Shown: positions 32,953-42,178 of the stretch, piece by piece
Numbering within the stretch: the stretch's first letter is position 1
Layout of the letters: each line of letters starts with the position of its first letter
Source: Gammaproteobacteria bacterium
GTDB lineage: Bacteria; Pseudomonadota; Gammaproteobacteria; Eutrophobiales; Eutrophobiaceae
Direction of reading: 5' to 3'
DNA: 64,000 nt
Assembly (NCBI GenBank): GCA_965221695.1
Contig: OZ244905.1
Span: 448,001 to 512,000 of the forward strand
Notes under the pieces: model-generated
The model's database searches: none
What the model saw: only the letters and a program-made list of their open reading frames with translations
Told to the model about the DNA's origin: nothing
Translations under genes and position numbers: made by a program

Positions 32953-34122
32953 TTATTCTGTGTCATCTACGGATGTTTTTATGGTCTGCCCGATGTTTAT
33001 CAGCCGGATGACCCGCTCGGATGCGTTGGCGATATAGTCTCGTGAATTTGTCAGCGCATAGTCCAGGCTCATGTCCCTGGCAATGGCAGGTTCAAGGCCG
33101 CTGATACCGTGGTTGAAGACTTCCCTTGCGTCATCCGCGAGTCCTCCGCCGATGGCTACCACCGGCACGCCGTATTCGTCGGCAAATCGTGCGACTCCCG
33201 CCGGCGTCTTGCCGAACGCGGTCTGGAAGTCCACCCTGCCCTCGCCGGTCAGCACCAGATCGGCGTTGCGCAGGTGTTTTTCTATCGAGGTAGCCTTGCA
33301 GATGATCTCGATGCCTCGCTGCAGTTCAGCGCCGGCAAACACCAGCAACCCGGCGCCCATGCCGCCTGCCGCGCCGGCGCCCGGGATCGGATCCACATCT
33401 ATTCCCAGTTCTCGTTCAATCACCCCGGCCAGGTGTTTCAGGTTGTCGTCCAGGGTCTCCACCATGGCCGCATCCGCGCCTTTCTGTGGCGCGAACACCC
33501 GGGCGGCGCCGTTTTCACCCGTCAACGGATTTTCCACGTCGCAGGCGACCAGTATTTGCGCTTGCCGCAGTGCGGGGTGAAGCCCGTCCAGGTCCACGGA
33601 CTCGATCCTGTGCAGCATCCCGCCGGCGCCGTCTTGCGTGATAATGCGCCCGTCCGCGTCGCGGAAGACGACTCCCAGCGCCTGCGCCATGCCGGTTCCG
33701 CCATCGTTGGTGGCCGAACCGCCGATCCCCAGTATGATCTTCCGTGCCCCCCTGTCAAGCGCATCACGGATCAACTCCCCGGTGCCGTATGATGTCGTCT
33801 GCAACGGATTCCTGCCGCTGCCTTGCGCCAGGGCCAGCCCGGATGCCGCCGCCATTTCGATGACCGCAGTGTTACCGGTCGCCAGCATGCCGTATTCGGC
33901 CTCAACTGTTTGCCCTGAAGGCCCCTTGACGTTGCAGGAGATCAGATCTCCGCCCACCGCATCGAGCAGCGATTGCACGGTGCCCTCTCCGCCGTCGGCC
34001 ATGGGTATCCTGATGCAATCCGCATCCGGCAGCACTCTTCTGATACCGGCCTCCATAGCCTCGGCAACCTCCATAGACGTCAGGCTGCCCTTGAATGAAT
34101 CGGGCGCAAGAATTATTTTCAT
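32953..34122 (-). CDS. Glycerate kinase (GarK/GlxK family)
   Basis: APDSFKGSL, PMADGGEGT, GGSATNDGG, TGEG..D.QT..GK. Confidence 0.95.
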   Translation of the reverse strand: MKIILAPDSFKGSLTSMEVAEAMEAGIRRVLPDADCIRIPMADGGEGTVQSLLDAVGGDLISCNVKGPSGQTVEAEYGMLATGNTAVIEMAAASGLALAQGSGRNPLQTTSYGTGELIRDALDRGARKIILGIGGSATNDGGTGMAQALGVVFRDADGRIITQDGAGGMLHRIESVDLDGLHPALRQAQILVACDVENPLTGENGAARVFAPQKGADAAMVETLDDNLKHLAGVIERELGIDVDPIPGAGAAGGMGAGLLVFAGAELQRGIEIICKATSIEKHLRNADLVLTGEGRVDFQTAFGKTPAGVARFADEYGVPVVAIGGGLADDAREVFNHGISGLEPAIARDMSLDYALTNSRDYIANASERVIRLINIGQTIKTSVDDTE

Positions 34123-34130
34123 AGGGTTCG

Positions 34131-34607
34131 TTAATATACCTGGTAGGTGACGCGGTCCCCGACCGCGATATCCTGTTTACGCACCTGCCCTGCGTTCAAC
34201 TCCAGTACAGCCATCACCTTGCCGTCGGAGGGCATCACGGAAGTGGATTCCGTCGGGGCATTCTCAACGATCTTGACGATAAGCCCGTTGCTGTCGATAT
34301 AGATTATATCAAGCGGGATAAACGTATTCTTCATCCAGATATTCATACGCTGGGGTGTTTCGTTCAGTAATAACATGCCCTGGTTCTCAGGCATTGACGC
34401 CCGGTACATCAGCCCGATCCGTTTCAGGTCGTTGGTATCGGCCACCTCAATCCGGTAAGCAATCTCGCGGAACTTGGTCGCGATCGTCACCGAACCGGTC
34501 TTGAATTCGGTCTGAGCGATACATCCTGTGGTAGTAAATAACAGCAGCACAAGGAAACTGCTTCTACGATAAATTCCAAGCATGAATGGGCCTGTTTGTT
34601 TCTGCAA
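34131..34607 (-). CDS. DUF192 family exported protein
   Basis: EVA...GLMYR...GML, WMKNT.IPLD, VLELNAG. Confidence 0.88.
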   Translation of the reverse strand: MQKQTGPFMLGIYRRSSFLVLLLFTTTGCIAQTEFKTGSVTIATKFREIAYRIEVADTNDLKRIGLMYRASMPENQGMLLLNETPQRMNIWMKNTFIPLDIIYIDSNGLIVKIVENAPTESTSVMPSDGKVMAVLELNAGQVRKQDIAVGDRVTYQVY

Positions 34608-34641
34608 TCAGTAGTTTAGTCTGAAATTGTCCGCCAGCGCC

Positions 34642-34729
34642 TACCATTCCCGCGAAAGCGGGAATCCAGTAGACAACAAGTCTCCCTATAATGAAGAGTT
34701 GCTTACTGGATTCCCGTAGAAGAGAATGG
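34642..34729. repeat. Inverted pair of dRS3-like REP units
   Basis: taccattcccgcgaaagcgggaatccagta (34642-34671) and a degenerate inverted copy tactggattcccg...gaatgg (34704-34729). Confidence 0.75.
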
Positions 34730-34742
34730 CAGCGACCCTGCT

Positions 34743-35210
34743 TCAACCAATATTCTTATTGTCCTCTTCGGTTTTCGTTTCCATACTGTAGCCGCTGTCC
34801 TGCCGGTTCAGGTTGACCGCGTGCTTTTGGCAGTAAATGTCATACACTTTTTCCGGTGTGAGACCCGAGCAGATCAGTGCGGAGACCAGAAAATGTAAAA
34901 TGTCGATCAATTCGACCCGGATGTTCTGTATATCGATCTCATCCTTGCTCCACCATTTCCACAGCAGTTCCTCGTCAAGCTCCAGTATCTCCTCGCGCAT
35001 TGCCCTGGAATAGTTGGACAGCCAGACATTGGGCAAGTCATTCACTCTCAGCTCACCCCGGCTGGCGCCGGCAAAAACAGTGTCCATGGTCAGCGGGTTC
35101 CCTGACATATCCTTCAGGCTGTTCTTCTTGAAAACATAATCGTTCAAATCCGATTGCATCGAAAAAATGCGCTTCAACATGTCGTTTTCAGCAGGGGTTT
35201 CGCCAGTCAT
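34743..35210 (-). CDS. All-alpha (dimeric) dUTPase-like NTP pyrophosphatase
   Basis: Q..LN, EE..EL, WKWW, VELIDILHF and K...N..RQ..GY motifs. Confidence 0.85.
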   Translation of the reverse strand: MTGETPAENDMLKRIFSMQSDLNDYVFKKNSLKDMSGNPLTMDTVFAGASRGELRVNDLPNVWLSNYSRAMREEILELDEELLWKWWSKDEIDIQNIRVELIDILHFLVSALICSGLTPEKVYDIYCQKHAVNLNRQDSGYSMETKTEEDNKNIG

Positions 35211-35325
35211 TGCAGGAGTCCTAGGTTTTTGTCGGTACGTCTGTTCCGGGATACGCTATAATGCCGTTTCCTGTTAATCCCGTTATTATTGCTTTTTTAG
35301 CCAGCGCCGTACACACTTTATCGCG

Positions 35326-35982
35326 ATGGATATCGAATTAATAAGCTTTGACCTGTGCCCATTTGTACAGCGTTCCGTTATTACCCTGCTGGAAAAGAAC
35401 ATCGCGTTCAAACGCACCAACATCGACCTGGCGGACAAGCCGGATTGGTTTTTACAAATCTCGCCCTTAGGAAAGGTGCCGGTGCTGCGAATTGACGGCA
35501 ACATCCTGTTCGAATCGGCGGTCATCAACGAATATCTCGATGAGATCACCCCGCCATCCATGCACCCCCGGGACCCGCTGCAAAAAGCCCTGAACCGGGC
35601 CTGGATCGAATTCGGCACGGAACTGTCCAACCTGTCCTTTCGGATGCTGATTACCCAGGACAACAAGGTAGTGGAGGATTCCCTGCAGGCATTGCGGGAC
35701 AAATTCGAATTCCTGGACAGGAACCTTAACGCAGCCCCGTTCTTCAACGGTACGGACTTCTCGCTCATCGAAGCGGCTTACGCGCCGGTGTTCATCCGCA
35801 TCGAATACCTGTTGAAGCAGGTGATCGCGGACGTAATCCCGCCACACTGCAGCCGCGTCCTGACCTGGAGCGACGCCATCCTGGCGCGCCCGTCAGTGCA
35901 GGGTAGTATCATAGACCGCTTCACTGAACTGGCCAATGAACGCTTCAAAAAACGGGGCGGCATCCTGCTGCAAAACCTGTAA
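35326..35982 (+). CDS. Glutathione S-transferase family protein
   Basis: CPFVQR, SPLGKVPVL, LFESAVINEYLDE. Confidence 0.92.
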   Translation: MDIELISFDLCPFVQRSVITLLEKNIAFKRTNIDLADKPDWFLQISPLGKVPVLRIDGNILFESAVINEYLDEITPPSMHPRDPLQKALNRAWIEFGTELSNLSFRMLITQDNKVVEDSLQALRDKFEFLDRNLNAAPFFNGTDFSLIEAAYAPVFIRIEYLLKQVIADVIPPHCSRVLTWSDAILARPSVQGSIIDRFTELANERFKKRGGILLQNL

Positions 35983-35993
35983 GTAATTCAGAA

Positions 35994-36245
35994 TCGCCTT
36001 TCAGGCGACACAGAATTTAAGGAACCTCTGATTAAGTCAGAGCTTCCTTAACTGAACTCCCGCTTTTCAGCCTGCCCCTGTATGGCGTTGTGCAGGGGGG
36101 GTACGGTGGCAGTGTTCACAGAAGCTCCCCCTTCCCATTCCCGCGAAAGCGGGAATCCAGTGAAACAAAGGGTCGCCCGCCGGGCGACACAGTATTTCAC
36201 TGAACTCCCGCTTTTCAGCCTACCCCTGTATCGCGTTGAGCAGGG
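35994..36245 (+). repeat. Two imperfect 73-bp direct repeats (35994-36097 with insert; 36173-36245) separated by a dRS3-like REP (36135-36161)
   Basis: ggcgacacag.att...ctgaactcccgcttttcagcct.cccctgtat..cgttg.gcaggg occurs twice. Confidence 0.85.
36021..36047. mobile_element. 27-bp minimal hairpin element with TTAA duplication
   Basis: TTAA|GGAACCTCTGATTAAGTCAGAGCTTCC|TTAA; absent from the sister repeat. Confidence 0.8.
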
Positions 36246-36306
36246 ACGGGAGTGGTTCGGAAAATGCCCTGACCTGCGCTAACCTGATTATCAGCGGATT
36301 GTTATT

Positions 36307-37530
36307 TCACTCATGTTTTTGCAATACCACGCGATAGCATTGCAGCTTATTGCGCAGAAAACAGTGCGCCGAGCCCCATAGGTACAGGCGGAAGCGGCGG
36401 TAGTCGGCTGCGCCGAATTTGTCGATGATGAAATCCCGGTTGGAGTCGAAACGCTGCGCCCAGTGGACAAACGTCAGGTAATAACTGTAGCGGTCATCCC
36501 AGACCCCCTTCAGGTGAAACGGCTTCGAGGTCAGCGATTTCAGAAAATCGTGCAGCGCAAAGAAAGTATGGTTACCGGGATAGATGTGCTGCGTAATAAA
36601 CGATGACTTCTCATGTTTACGCAGTTCCGCGCTGGCATCCAGGAACACGTAACCGCCGGGCTTGAGTAGCCGGTCAAAACAGGCAAGCACCTCGTCGTAG
36701 TTGGGCAGGTGCTCCATTACGCCGAGGATGGCAATCGCATCAAACTGTGTGCCCGGTTCGTATTCGAGGATGTCGACCAGTTCAGTCGTGATCGGCAGGT
36801 TTTCCCGCGCGCTGAGTTCCTGCATGAATTTAAGGGACTGCTGTGCAATGGTAACACCGGTAACCTTGATACCCCTGCGGGCCGCGTATTCCGCAAACGA
36901 ACCCCAGCCCACACCCACATCCAACACTTCACTGCCGGGCGTCATCCTGCATTGTTCGGCGATAAAATCCATTTTCCGGCGTATCGCATCGGACAGCGGC
37001 TCATCGGGCGTTTCGAACACGCCCTGTGTGTAACAGCGGAATTCCTCGTCCAGAAACGCGAGATAAAACGAATGGTCGCGCTCATAGTGTGTGCTGATCG
37101 CGGATTTGTTGACCGAGACCTGGCCCAGCAGCAAAGGGGCCAGGAAACGCCAGAGCGACATGAACAGGTGGCGATCCTGCAGCGATTCGCGCAGGTCATA
37201 GACTTCAATCATATCTCCCTGGAAGTCGAACCAGCCATTGATATAGGCATTGGCGATAATGCCTTCATCAAACGACGCAATCGCACGAATACCTTTAGGA
37301 TCGGAAATCTTCAGTTTGAAACGGGGCGAACCCGAACCAAGCCGATGTTCACTGCCGTCAAGCGTGACCACATCGAAACAAACCCCGCTATCATGGAAGC
37401 GCCGGGACATCAGCTCGACAAGGCGCGCTTCTTTACGCTGCAGCGACTTGGTTATCTTCCAGCCCGAAGCGCCCGCCCCCGCCTGAACTTCTTGAGGGTC
37501 ACCGGCAGTATCATCTACAATAGACGCCAT
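36307..37530 (-). CDS. Cyclopropane-fatty-acyl-phospholipid synthase-like SAM methyltransferase
   Basis: ISTHYE, VLDVGVGWG, GVMEHL, FITQHIYPG, Y..T...W. Confidence 0.8.
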   Translation of the reverse strand: MASIVDDTAGDPQEVQAGAGASGWKITKSLQRKEARLVELMSRRFHDSGVCFDVVTLDGSEHRLGSGSPRFKLKISDPKGIRAIASFDEGIIANAYINGWFDFQGDMIEVYDLRESLQDRHLFMSLWRFLAPLLLGQVSVNKSAISTHYERDHSFYLAFLDEEFRCYTQGVFETPDEPLSDAIRRKMDFIAEQCRMTPGSEVLDVGVGWGSFAEYAARRGIKVTGVTIAQQSLKFMQELSARENLPITTELVDILEYEPGTQFDAIAILGVMEHLPNYDEVLACFDRLLKPGGYVFLDASAELRKHEKSSFITQHIYPGNHTFFALHDFLKSLTSKPFHLKGVWDDRYSYYLTFVHWAQRFDSNRDFIIDKFGAADYRRFRLYLWGSAHCFLRNKLQCYRVVLQKHE

Positions 37531-37634
37531 TGTTCACCACATATCACGTTGTAATAAGGAAATATCGTACATTAGGTTATTTTAAACCAGGCAATATGAC
37601 AACCCCCACAGGCAATTCGGCTTGAGTTTTGTCC

Positions 37635-38345
37635 ATGACCGAACGCCAGCATAACATCGACCCGGACGAGGTTGAAAAATTCGAACGTCTTTCCCGTGAC
37701 TGGTGGGACGCCGCAGGTCCGATGAAAACCCTGCACGATATCAACCCGGTGCGCCTGGCCTATATCAGCGACAACGTGTCGTTGGACGGCAGGCGCGTAC
37801 TGGATGTCGGCTGCGGTGGCGGTATTCTGACGGAGTCGCTGGCGCGGGCCGGCGCAAGCGTATGCGGGCTGGATGCCGGGGCAGAAGTTATCCGCATAGC
37901 TGCCCGGCATGCACAGGAAAACGGCCTGGAGATAGAATACACCAGCGCAAGCCTGGAACAGTTTGCCGCGGACACTGCCGGCAGTTTCGATGTGCTTACC
38001 TGCATGGAACTGCTGGAGCATGTGCCGGATCCCGCGCAACTGCTGCGCGCCTGCGCCCGTGTACTGGCTCCCGGCGGCCACCTGTTCCTGGCAACCATCA
38101 ACCGCAACTTGAAGTCCTATCTTGGCGCGATCATCGGCGCCGAGCGGCTGTTCAGGCTGCTGCCGAAGGGCACCCATGACTATGCCGGTTTCATTCGCCC
38201 GTCGGAACTGAAACGCTGGCTACAGAACGCCGGCTTCGAGGCGCTTGACATCAGAGGCATGCTCTACATCCCCGGCCTCAGGTACTGTGCGCTTATCGAC
38301 GATCCGGGCATCAACTACCTGCTCCACGCACGCCTGGCGAACTGA
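37635..38345 (+). CDS. ubiG: Ubiquinone biosynthesis O-methyltransferase
   Basis: NID..EV.KF, LHDINPVR, VLDVGCGGG, CMELLEHVPDP, LPKGTH. Confidence 0.96.
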   Translation: MTERQHNIDPDEVEKFERLSRDWWDAAGPMKTLHDINPVRLAYISDNVSLDGRRVLDVGCGGGILTESLARAGASVCGLDAGAEVIRIAARHAQENGLEIEYTSASLEQFAADTAGSFDVLTCMELLEHVPDPAQLLRACARVLAPGGHLFLATINRNLKSYLGAIIGAERLFRLLPKGTHDYAGFIRPSELKRWLQNAGFEALDIRGMLYIPGLRYCALIDDPGINYLLHARLAN

Positions 38346-38378
38346 TCAATATCTAGCGCCAGGCCAATCGATACAAGC

Positions 38379-39050
38379 ATGCGCAACAATATAGCTAACG
38401 TTCTGTTCGACCTGGACGGAACCCTGGTGGACACCGCCCCTGACCTGGCCTCGGCGCTGAACCAGACCCTTGTCCAGCACGCGAAAGAGCCGCTGCCCTT
38501 CGAAAGAATACGTCCTAGCGTTTCCCTGGGCGGCGCCGCGTTGGTGAAACTCGGGTTCGGTCTGGATGAGAACGACCCGGACTTCATTCCGATGCGCGAT
38601 GAGTTTCTGGGAATCTACCGGGATAACCTCAGCACGCACAGCCGCCTGTTTCCCGGTATGGAACGGGTGCTGGACAGGCTTGAGCAAACCGGGATGCCCT
38701 GGGGCATCGTCACCAACAAACCCGCGTGGCTGACCGATCCGCTGACGCAAGCGCTGCAATTGGACTCGCGTACCCCATGTATCGTCTCCGGCGACACTGT
38801 GGAACATCGCAAACCGCACCCTGCCCCACTGCTTCATGCGTGTAAACTGCTGCAGTGTGAACCGCACGCAAGCGTGTACATAGGCGACGACCGGCGCGAT
38901 ATCAGCGCGGGCACAAGCGCCGGCATGGCGACCCTGGTGGCTTCCTACGGCTACATTGCTACCAACGAGCAACCTGAGAACTGGGGCGCAGACGGTTTCA
39001 TCGACAACCCGGAAGACATTTTGGACTGGCTCAGAGTCGGCGGCAGATGA
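38379..39050 (+). CDS. HAD phosphatase (Gph/MupP-like)
   Basis: LFDLDGTLVDTAPD, KPHPAP, YIGDD.RD; downstream of ubiG. Confidence 0.9.
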   Translation: MRNNIANVLFDLDGTLVDTAPDLASALNQTLVQHAKEPLPFERIRPSVSLGGAALVKLGFGLDENDPDFIPMRDEFLGIYRDNLSTHSRLFPGMERVLDRLEQTGMPWGIVTNKPAWLTDPLTQALQLDSRTPCIVSGDTVEHRKPHPAPLLHACKLLQCEPHASVYIGDDRRDISAGTSAGMATLVASYGYIATNEQPENWGADGFIDNPEDILDWLRVGGR

Positions 39051-39889
39051 CCCCGGAAGCGTACTGCCGCAATAAAGCCGCGCCTGATGGCTCCAACCTG
39101 TATTACGCCACCCTGTATCACGACGCGCAGACCCGGCGCATAGTGCATGCATTGTTTGCGTTCCTGCATGAGTTGAATGAAGCAGTTTATGAGTCATCGG
39201 ACCCCGGCGCGGCACGCGTTACCCTTTCCTGGTGGTTCGAGGAAATCGGCAGGCTGTTCACCGGCACGGCAAGACACCCGGTTACCCTGGAGTTGTCCCA
39301 ACTTGAACATACGGGGTTCCTGTCACAACAGGAAATGCTGGGCTGTATTGCGACGATGGCGCGGTTTCTCGATACGCCGGAGAGTGGTCCGTATCAGGAC
39401 TGGTTGGCGCAACATGAAGCCGCCGCCGGTTATATCTGGAATTCGGCGTGCCTGGCCTGCGGTTGCACACAGCGGGACAGTCTGATAACCCTGGCCGGCG
39501 CCTGCCACGGCGCATTCGAACTGCTGCACCATACCCGGCATTTCGCAGGACTGGGCCTGAACGTACTGCCGTCCGACCTGCTCGCGCAGCACAGCCTGGA
39601 CCCAGATAGCATTATGCAGCCGAATGCCGGTGCGGCCGTATCAGCCTTGTTTGCCGACCTGTTCAAGCGACTGGGAAACGACATACGAAACTGCCTGACC
39701 TCCCTGCAGGAAAACGGCGCAGGCGCACCACTGTTCTCTGTCACCCTGCTGAAAATCCTGGACGCGCTGTGCCGTGAATACCGCACTGCTCGTGAACCAA
39801 TCACCCACCACCGCATCGCGCTGACCCCCATCCGGAAACTCTGGATCGCATGGAGGACTGCCCGGCAATTGAGCAGTTCACGTAAGTAG
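39047..39889 (+). CDS. Squalene/phytoene synthase-fold protein (HpnD-like) with degenerate Asp motifs
   Basis: MTP..YC..KAA..GS, HPV, LTPIRKLWIAW; DDxxD replaced by LNEAVYE. Confidence 0.78.
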   Translation: MTPEAYCRNKAAPDGSNLYYATLYHDAQTRRIVHALFAFLHELNEAVYESSDPGAARVTLSWWFEEIGRLFTGTARHPVTLELSQLEHTGFLSQQEMLGCIATMARFLDTPESGPYQDWLAQHEAAAGYIWNSACLACGCTQRDSLITLAGACHGAFELLHHTRHFAGLGLNVLPSDLLAQHSLDPDSIMQPNAGAAVSALFADLFKRLGNDIRNCLTSLQENGAGAPLFSVTLLKILDALCREYRTAREPITHHRIALTPIRKLWIAWRTARQLSSSRK

Positions 39890-40007
39890 CAGCAGATAGT
39901 CCACCATTGCCATTATTATGATCGGTAAAATAACAAGCATTCTATAATTTCCAGATTTTTTGACAACAGTCAAAAATTATTGCAAGAATTTTTGACACCT
40001 ATCCAAA

Positions 40008-40112
40008 AATGCGGAATACCGGCAGATATCGGCATCAGGGAACAAGGACTATGTCACTAAAGAAGGCATTCGCGTCGCGCCGGCGATGGAACTGCTCACA
40101 ACATTAAAATAA
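40008..40112 (+). pseudogene. Probable C-terminal remnant of a DUF4143-type AAA ATPase
   Basis: NAEYRQISASGNKDYVTKEGIRVAPAMELLTTLK*, resembling the ends of such proteins as recalled; no start codon. Confidence 0.45.
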
Positions 40113-40160
40113 GGGATTTATCCCGCATTTCTCCTTTAGGCCGGTTTATCTCTCATATAG

Positions 40161-40406
40161 TCAACTCTTCTTTAACTTCCTTTGAATAGATACCTGTTTC
40201 TTGACTGAAAAATTGAATAGGCTATTGATCTTCTGTTTATCTTCATATGAGATAGGATGCATATAAATATAGTGAGATACAATATCCCTCAAAATATAAA
40301 CGGCTTGTTCATTATTGTCATCTATCAAATCGCGGCACAGGCGCTTTATTTTTTCTAGATTTAGCTGTTTTGTATACCAAGCATGAATCGACAAATTAAT
40401 GAGATT
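40161..40406 (-). pseudogene. AT-rich C-terminal gene fragment (possibly STAND-type ATPase)
   Basis: NLINLSIHAWY...ILRDIVSHYIYMHPISYEDKQKINSLF; no convincing start or RBS. Confidence 0.35.
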
Positions 40407-40535
40407 GTCTAACCATCCGAACCATCTGTCTAACCATTTGCGGGCCGACTAACTATTTGTTTCCACACTCATACACCCACATCAGGGCAGCCGAAGGTCA
40501 AGACTACGACACGCGCCACCTATGACAAGAACATT

Positions 40536-40919
40536 TTAGTTCCCAAAGGCGATTCGTTCGACGTTTTCGACGAAGTCGAAGTGGTAATCATTACTTAACA
40601 CAGGGAAATTATGCTGGCGCGAGAGAGCAGCGATCCAGGTGTCATTGGATGGGATAGGTTTACCTGAGCGTTTCAATTCCAAGCGAATGTCAGCGTATAT
40701 GCCAGCGGTTACTTGAGTGACTGTTATGATTTCTGTTAATGCAAGAAAACGGTCAAGCCAGTCTTCGTAGCGGCGGCGATAGCGCGACTGGCGAATGCCG
40801 AAATAGTATTCGCCCAGAACGATACTGGGGACGAGAAGCCGCTCGGCGGACCGCAAACATGTCTCAACCTTTGCTGATCCCTCCGCCCAGGCTGACAAGG
40901 CGTTGGTATCGAGAATCAT
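40536..40919 (-). CDS. PIN-domain toxin (VapC family)
   Basis: ILDTNALS, IVLGE, PIPSNDTWIAA, LSND.HF. Confidence 0.92.
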   Translation of the reverse strand: MILDTNALSAWAEGSAKVETCLRSAERLLVPSIVLGEYYFGIRQSRYRRRYEDWLDRFLALTEIITVTQVTAGIYADIRLELKRSGKPIPSNDTWIAALSRQHNFPVLSNDYHFDFVENVERIAFGN

Positions 40920-41182
40920 TCAGCATCTTCGGACGATAGAGTTCCAAATTCCTCTTCGATTGCGTCCAGCACCCGGCGGTTTTCGCTTGCCAAATCAGAC
41001 AACGCGCCGAAACCGGCCATCCAAGGAGGGTCTGTATCATGAGTGGCCGGCTGCCCTGTGCTACGTTGCAGTTTTTCCTCCAGTGCCTCTGTAAAGAATT
41101 GTTTCAAGGTCCTGCCTTGAGCAGCAGCAAGAGCTCTGGCCTGTTGAAGTGCAGGGTCAGGAAGTTCGATAGTCGTTTTCAT
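40916..41182 (-). CDS. Antitoxin (VapB/RHH-like)
   Basis: MKTTIELPD...A...G.TLK; 4-nt overlap with the PIN gene. Confidence 0.85.
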   Translation of the reverse strand: MKTTIELPDPALQQARALAAAQGRTLKQFFTEALEEKLQRSTGQPATHDTDPPWMAGFGALSDLASENRRVLDAIEEEFGTLSSEDAE

Positions 41183-41414
41183 AACATCTCATCTATTTCT
41201 CAAGCTGGACATAATACTCGTCAAAATGACGTAATATCAAGTTTTGCGTATTCCGGCGAACGTGAACGCTGATTCCGTGACATATGGACTGAGAGTGAAG
41301 AATGAACATAGGGTTACTCCAATGTAAACTCTCCGTGGGATGAATATATTTCCAGAATTCACGAATAGAAGTCTGGGGACACTTGCGCAGGTCCCGTTTG
41401 GCGGTGGATACCGC

Positions 41415-41870
41415 TCACCTTGGCCACCTTAATCTCACCCGTAGCCGCCTTAGTGTCCGTCTGTCCAGGTTGTCGTGGGTTAGTACACAAGAGCGGGTTC
41501 TGCCGCTTGGCTCCCTAAAGCACATGACGATAATCTGCGGGTGGACCAGTGCGCCCGGCAGTAATGTCAAATCCAGCGCGTCCTGCTCTTCCCGCAGAAG
41601 CTGCCAGCGATCGTTCTGATCCAGTTTGAAACAGATAGCCTCCGGCGAGAAAAACCGTTTCAGGTAAACACCGTAATGAACCAGTAAGCAAGCCCCGATC
41701 AACCCCGTTGTTGCGACGCCGAGATCAGCCAGGAGCAGGCAGAGCAGCGCGCCAACGTGAGTCAGGGTATTGAACAGCGCCACTCGCTTTGATTGCCGGT
41801 AATATATGAAAATCGGTAACTCCAGCGGCGATTGCCTGCTGGTCGCATCCGGCATTCCTTTTTCTTCCAT
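41415..41870 (-). CDS. YgfX/CptA-like inner-membrane protein
   Basis: 2 TM segments, C-terminal D.L.....RRLRV.LRW. Confidence 0.75.
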   Translation of the reverse strand: MEEKGMPDATSRQSPLELPIFIYYRQSKRVALFNTLTHVGALLCLLLADLGVATTGLIGACLLVHYGVYLKRFFSPEAICFKLDQNDRWQLLREEQDALDLTLLPGALVHPQIIVMCFREPSGRTRSCVLTHDNLDRRTLRRLRVRLRWPR

Positions 41871-41900
41871 ACTTGCTTGTGTGTTGTCGTATGATCTTTA

Positions 41901-42049
41901 GGAACCTCTGAGATTAAGTCAGAGGTTCCTACGATACAAGGATGTATCGTCAATATCAATGACTGTAAGGCATTGATATTGCGAGGATAAAAATCGCATT
42001 TTTGTTTTCCGTACTCTGACAAGTCCTGGATGGACTTGTCAGAGTTTCC
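41901..42049 (-). mobile_element. Miniature inverted-repeat element (copy 3, inverted) with TTTA duplication
   Basis: TTTA|GGAACCTCTGAG...GTCAGAGTTTCC|TTTA. Confidence 0.88.
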
Positions 42050-42178
42050 TTTATTTTAAGGCAACCTGCCTTCCCGTTAGCTGACAAGTTCAAAGCCAGC
42101 CATATATTCCTTCCCCGACTATAACAGGATTGTGGAGATTTTGATAAACTACAGGAGGATCTGAATGAATTGAACTCC

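Noticed and set aside
35994-36245. Possible CRISPR or attC array
   Set aside because: Only two long units, no regular repeat-spacer period, no cas or integron integrase gene, and no clear RYYYAAC/GTTRRRY ends
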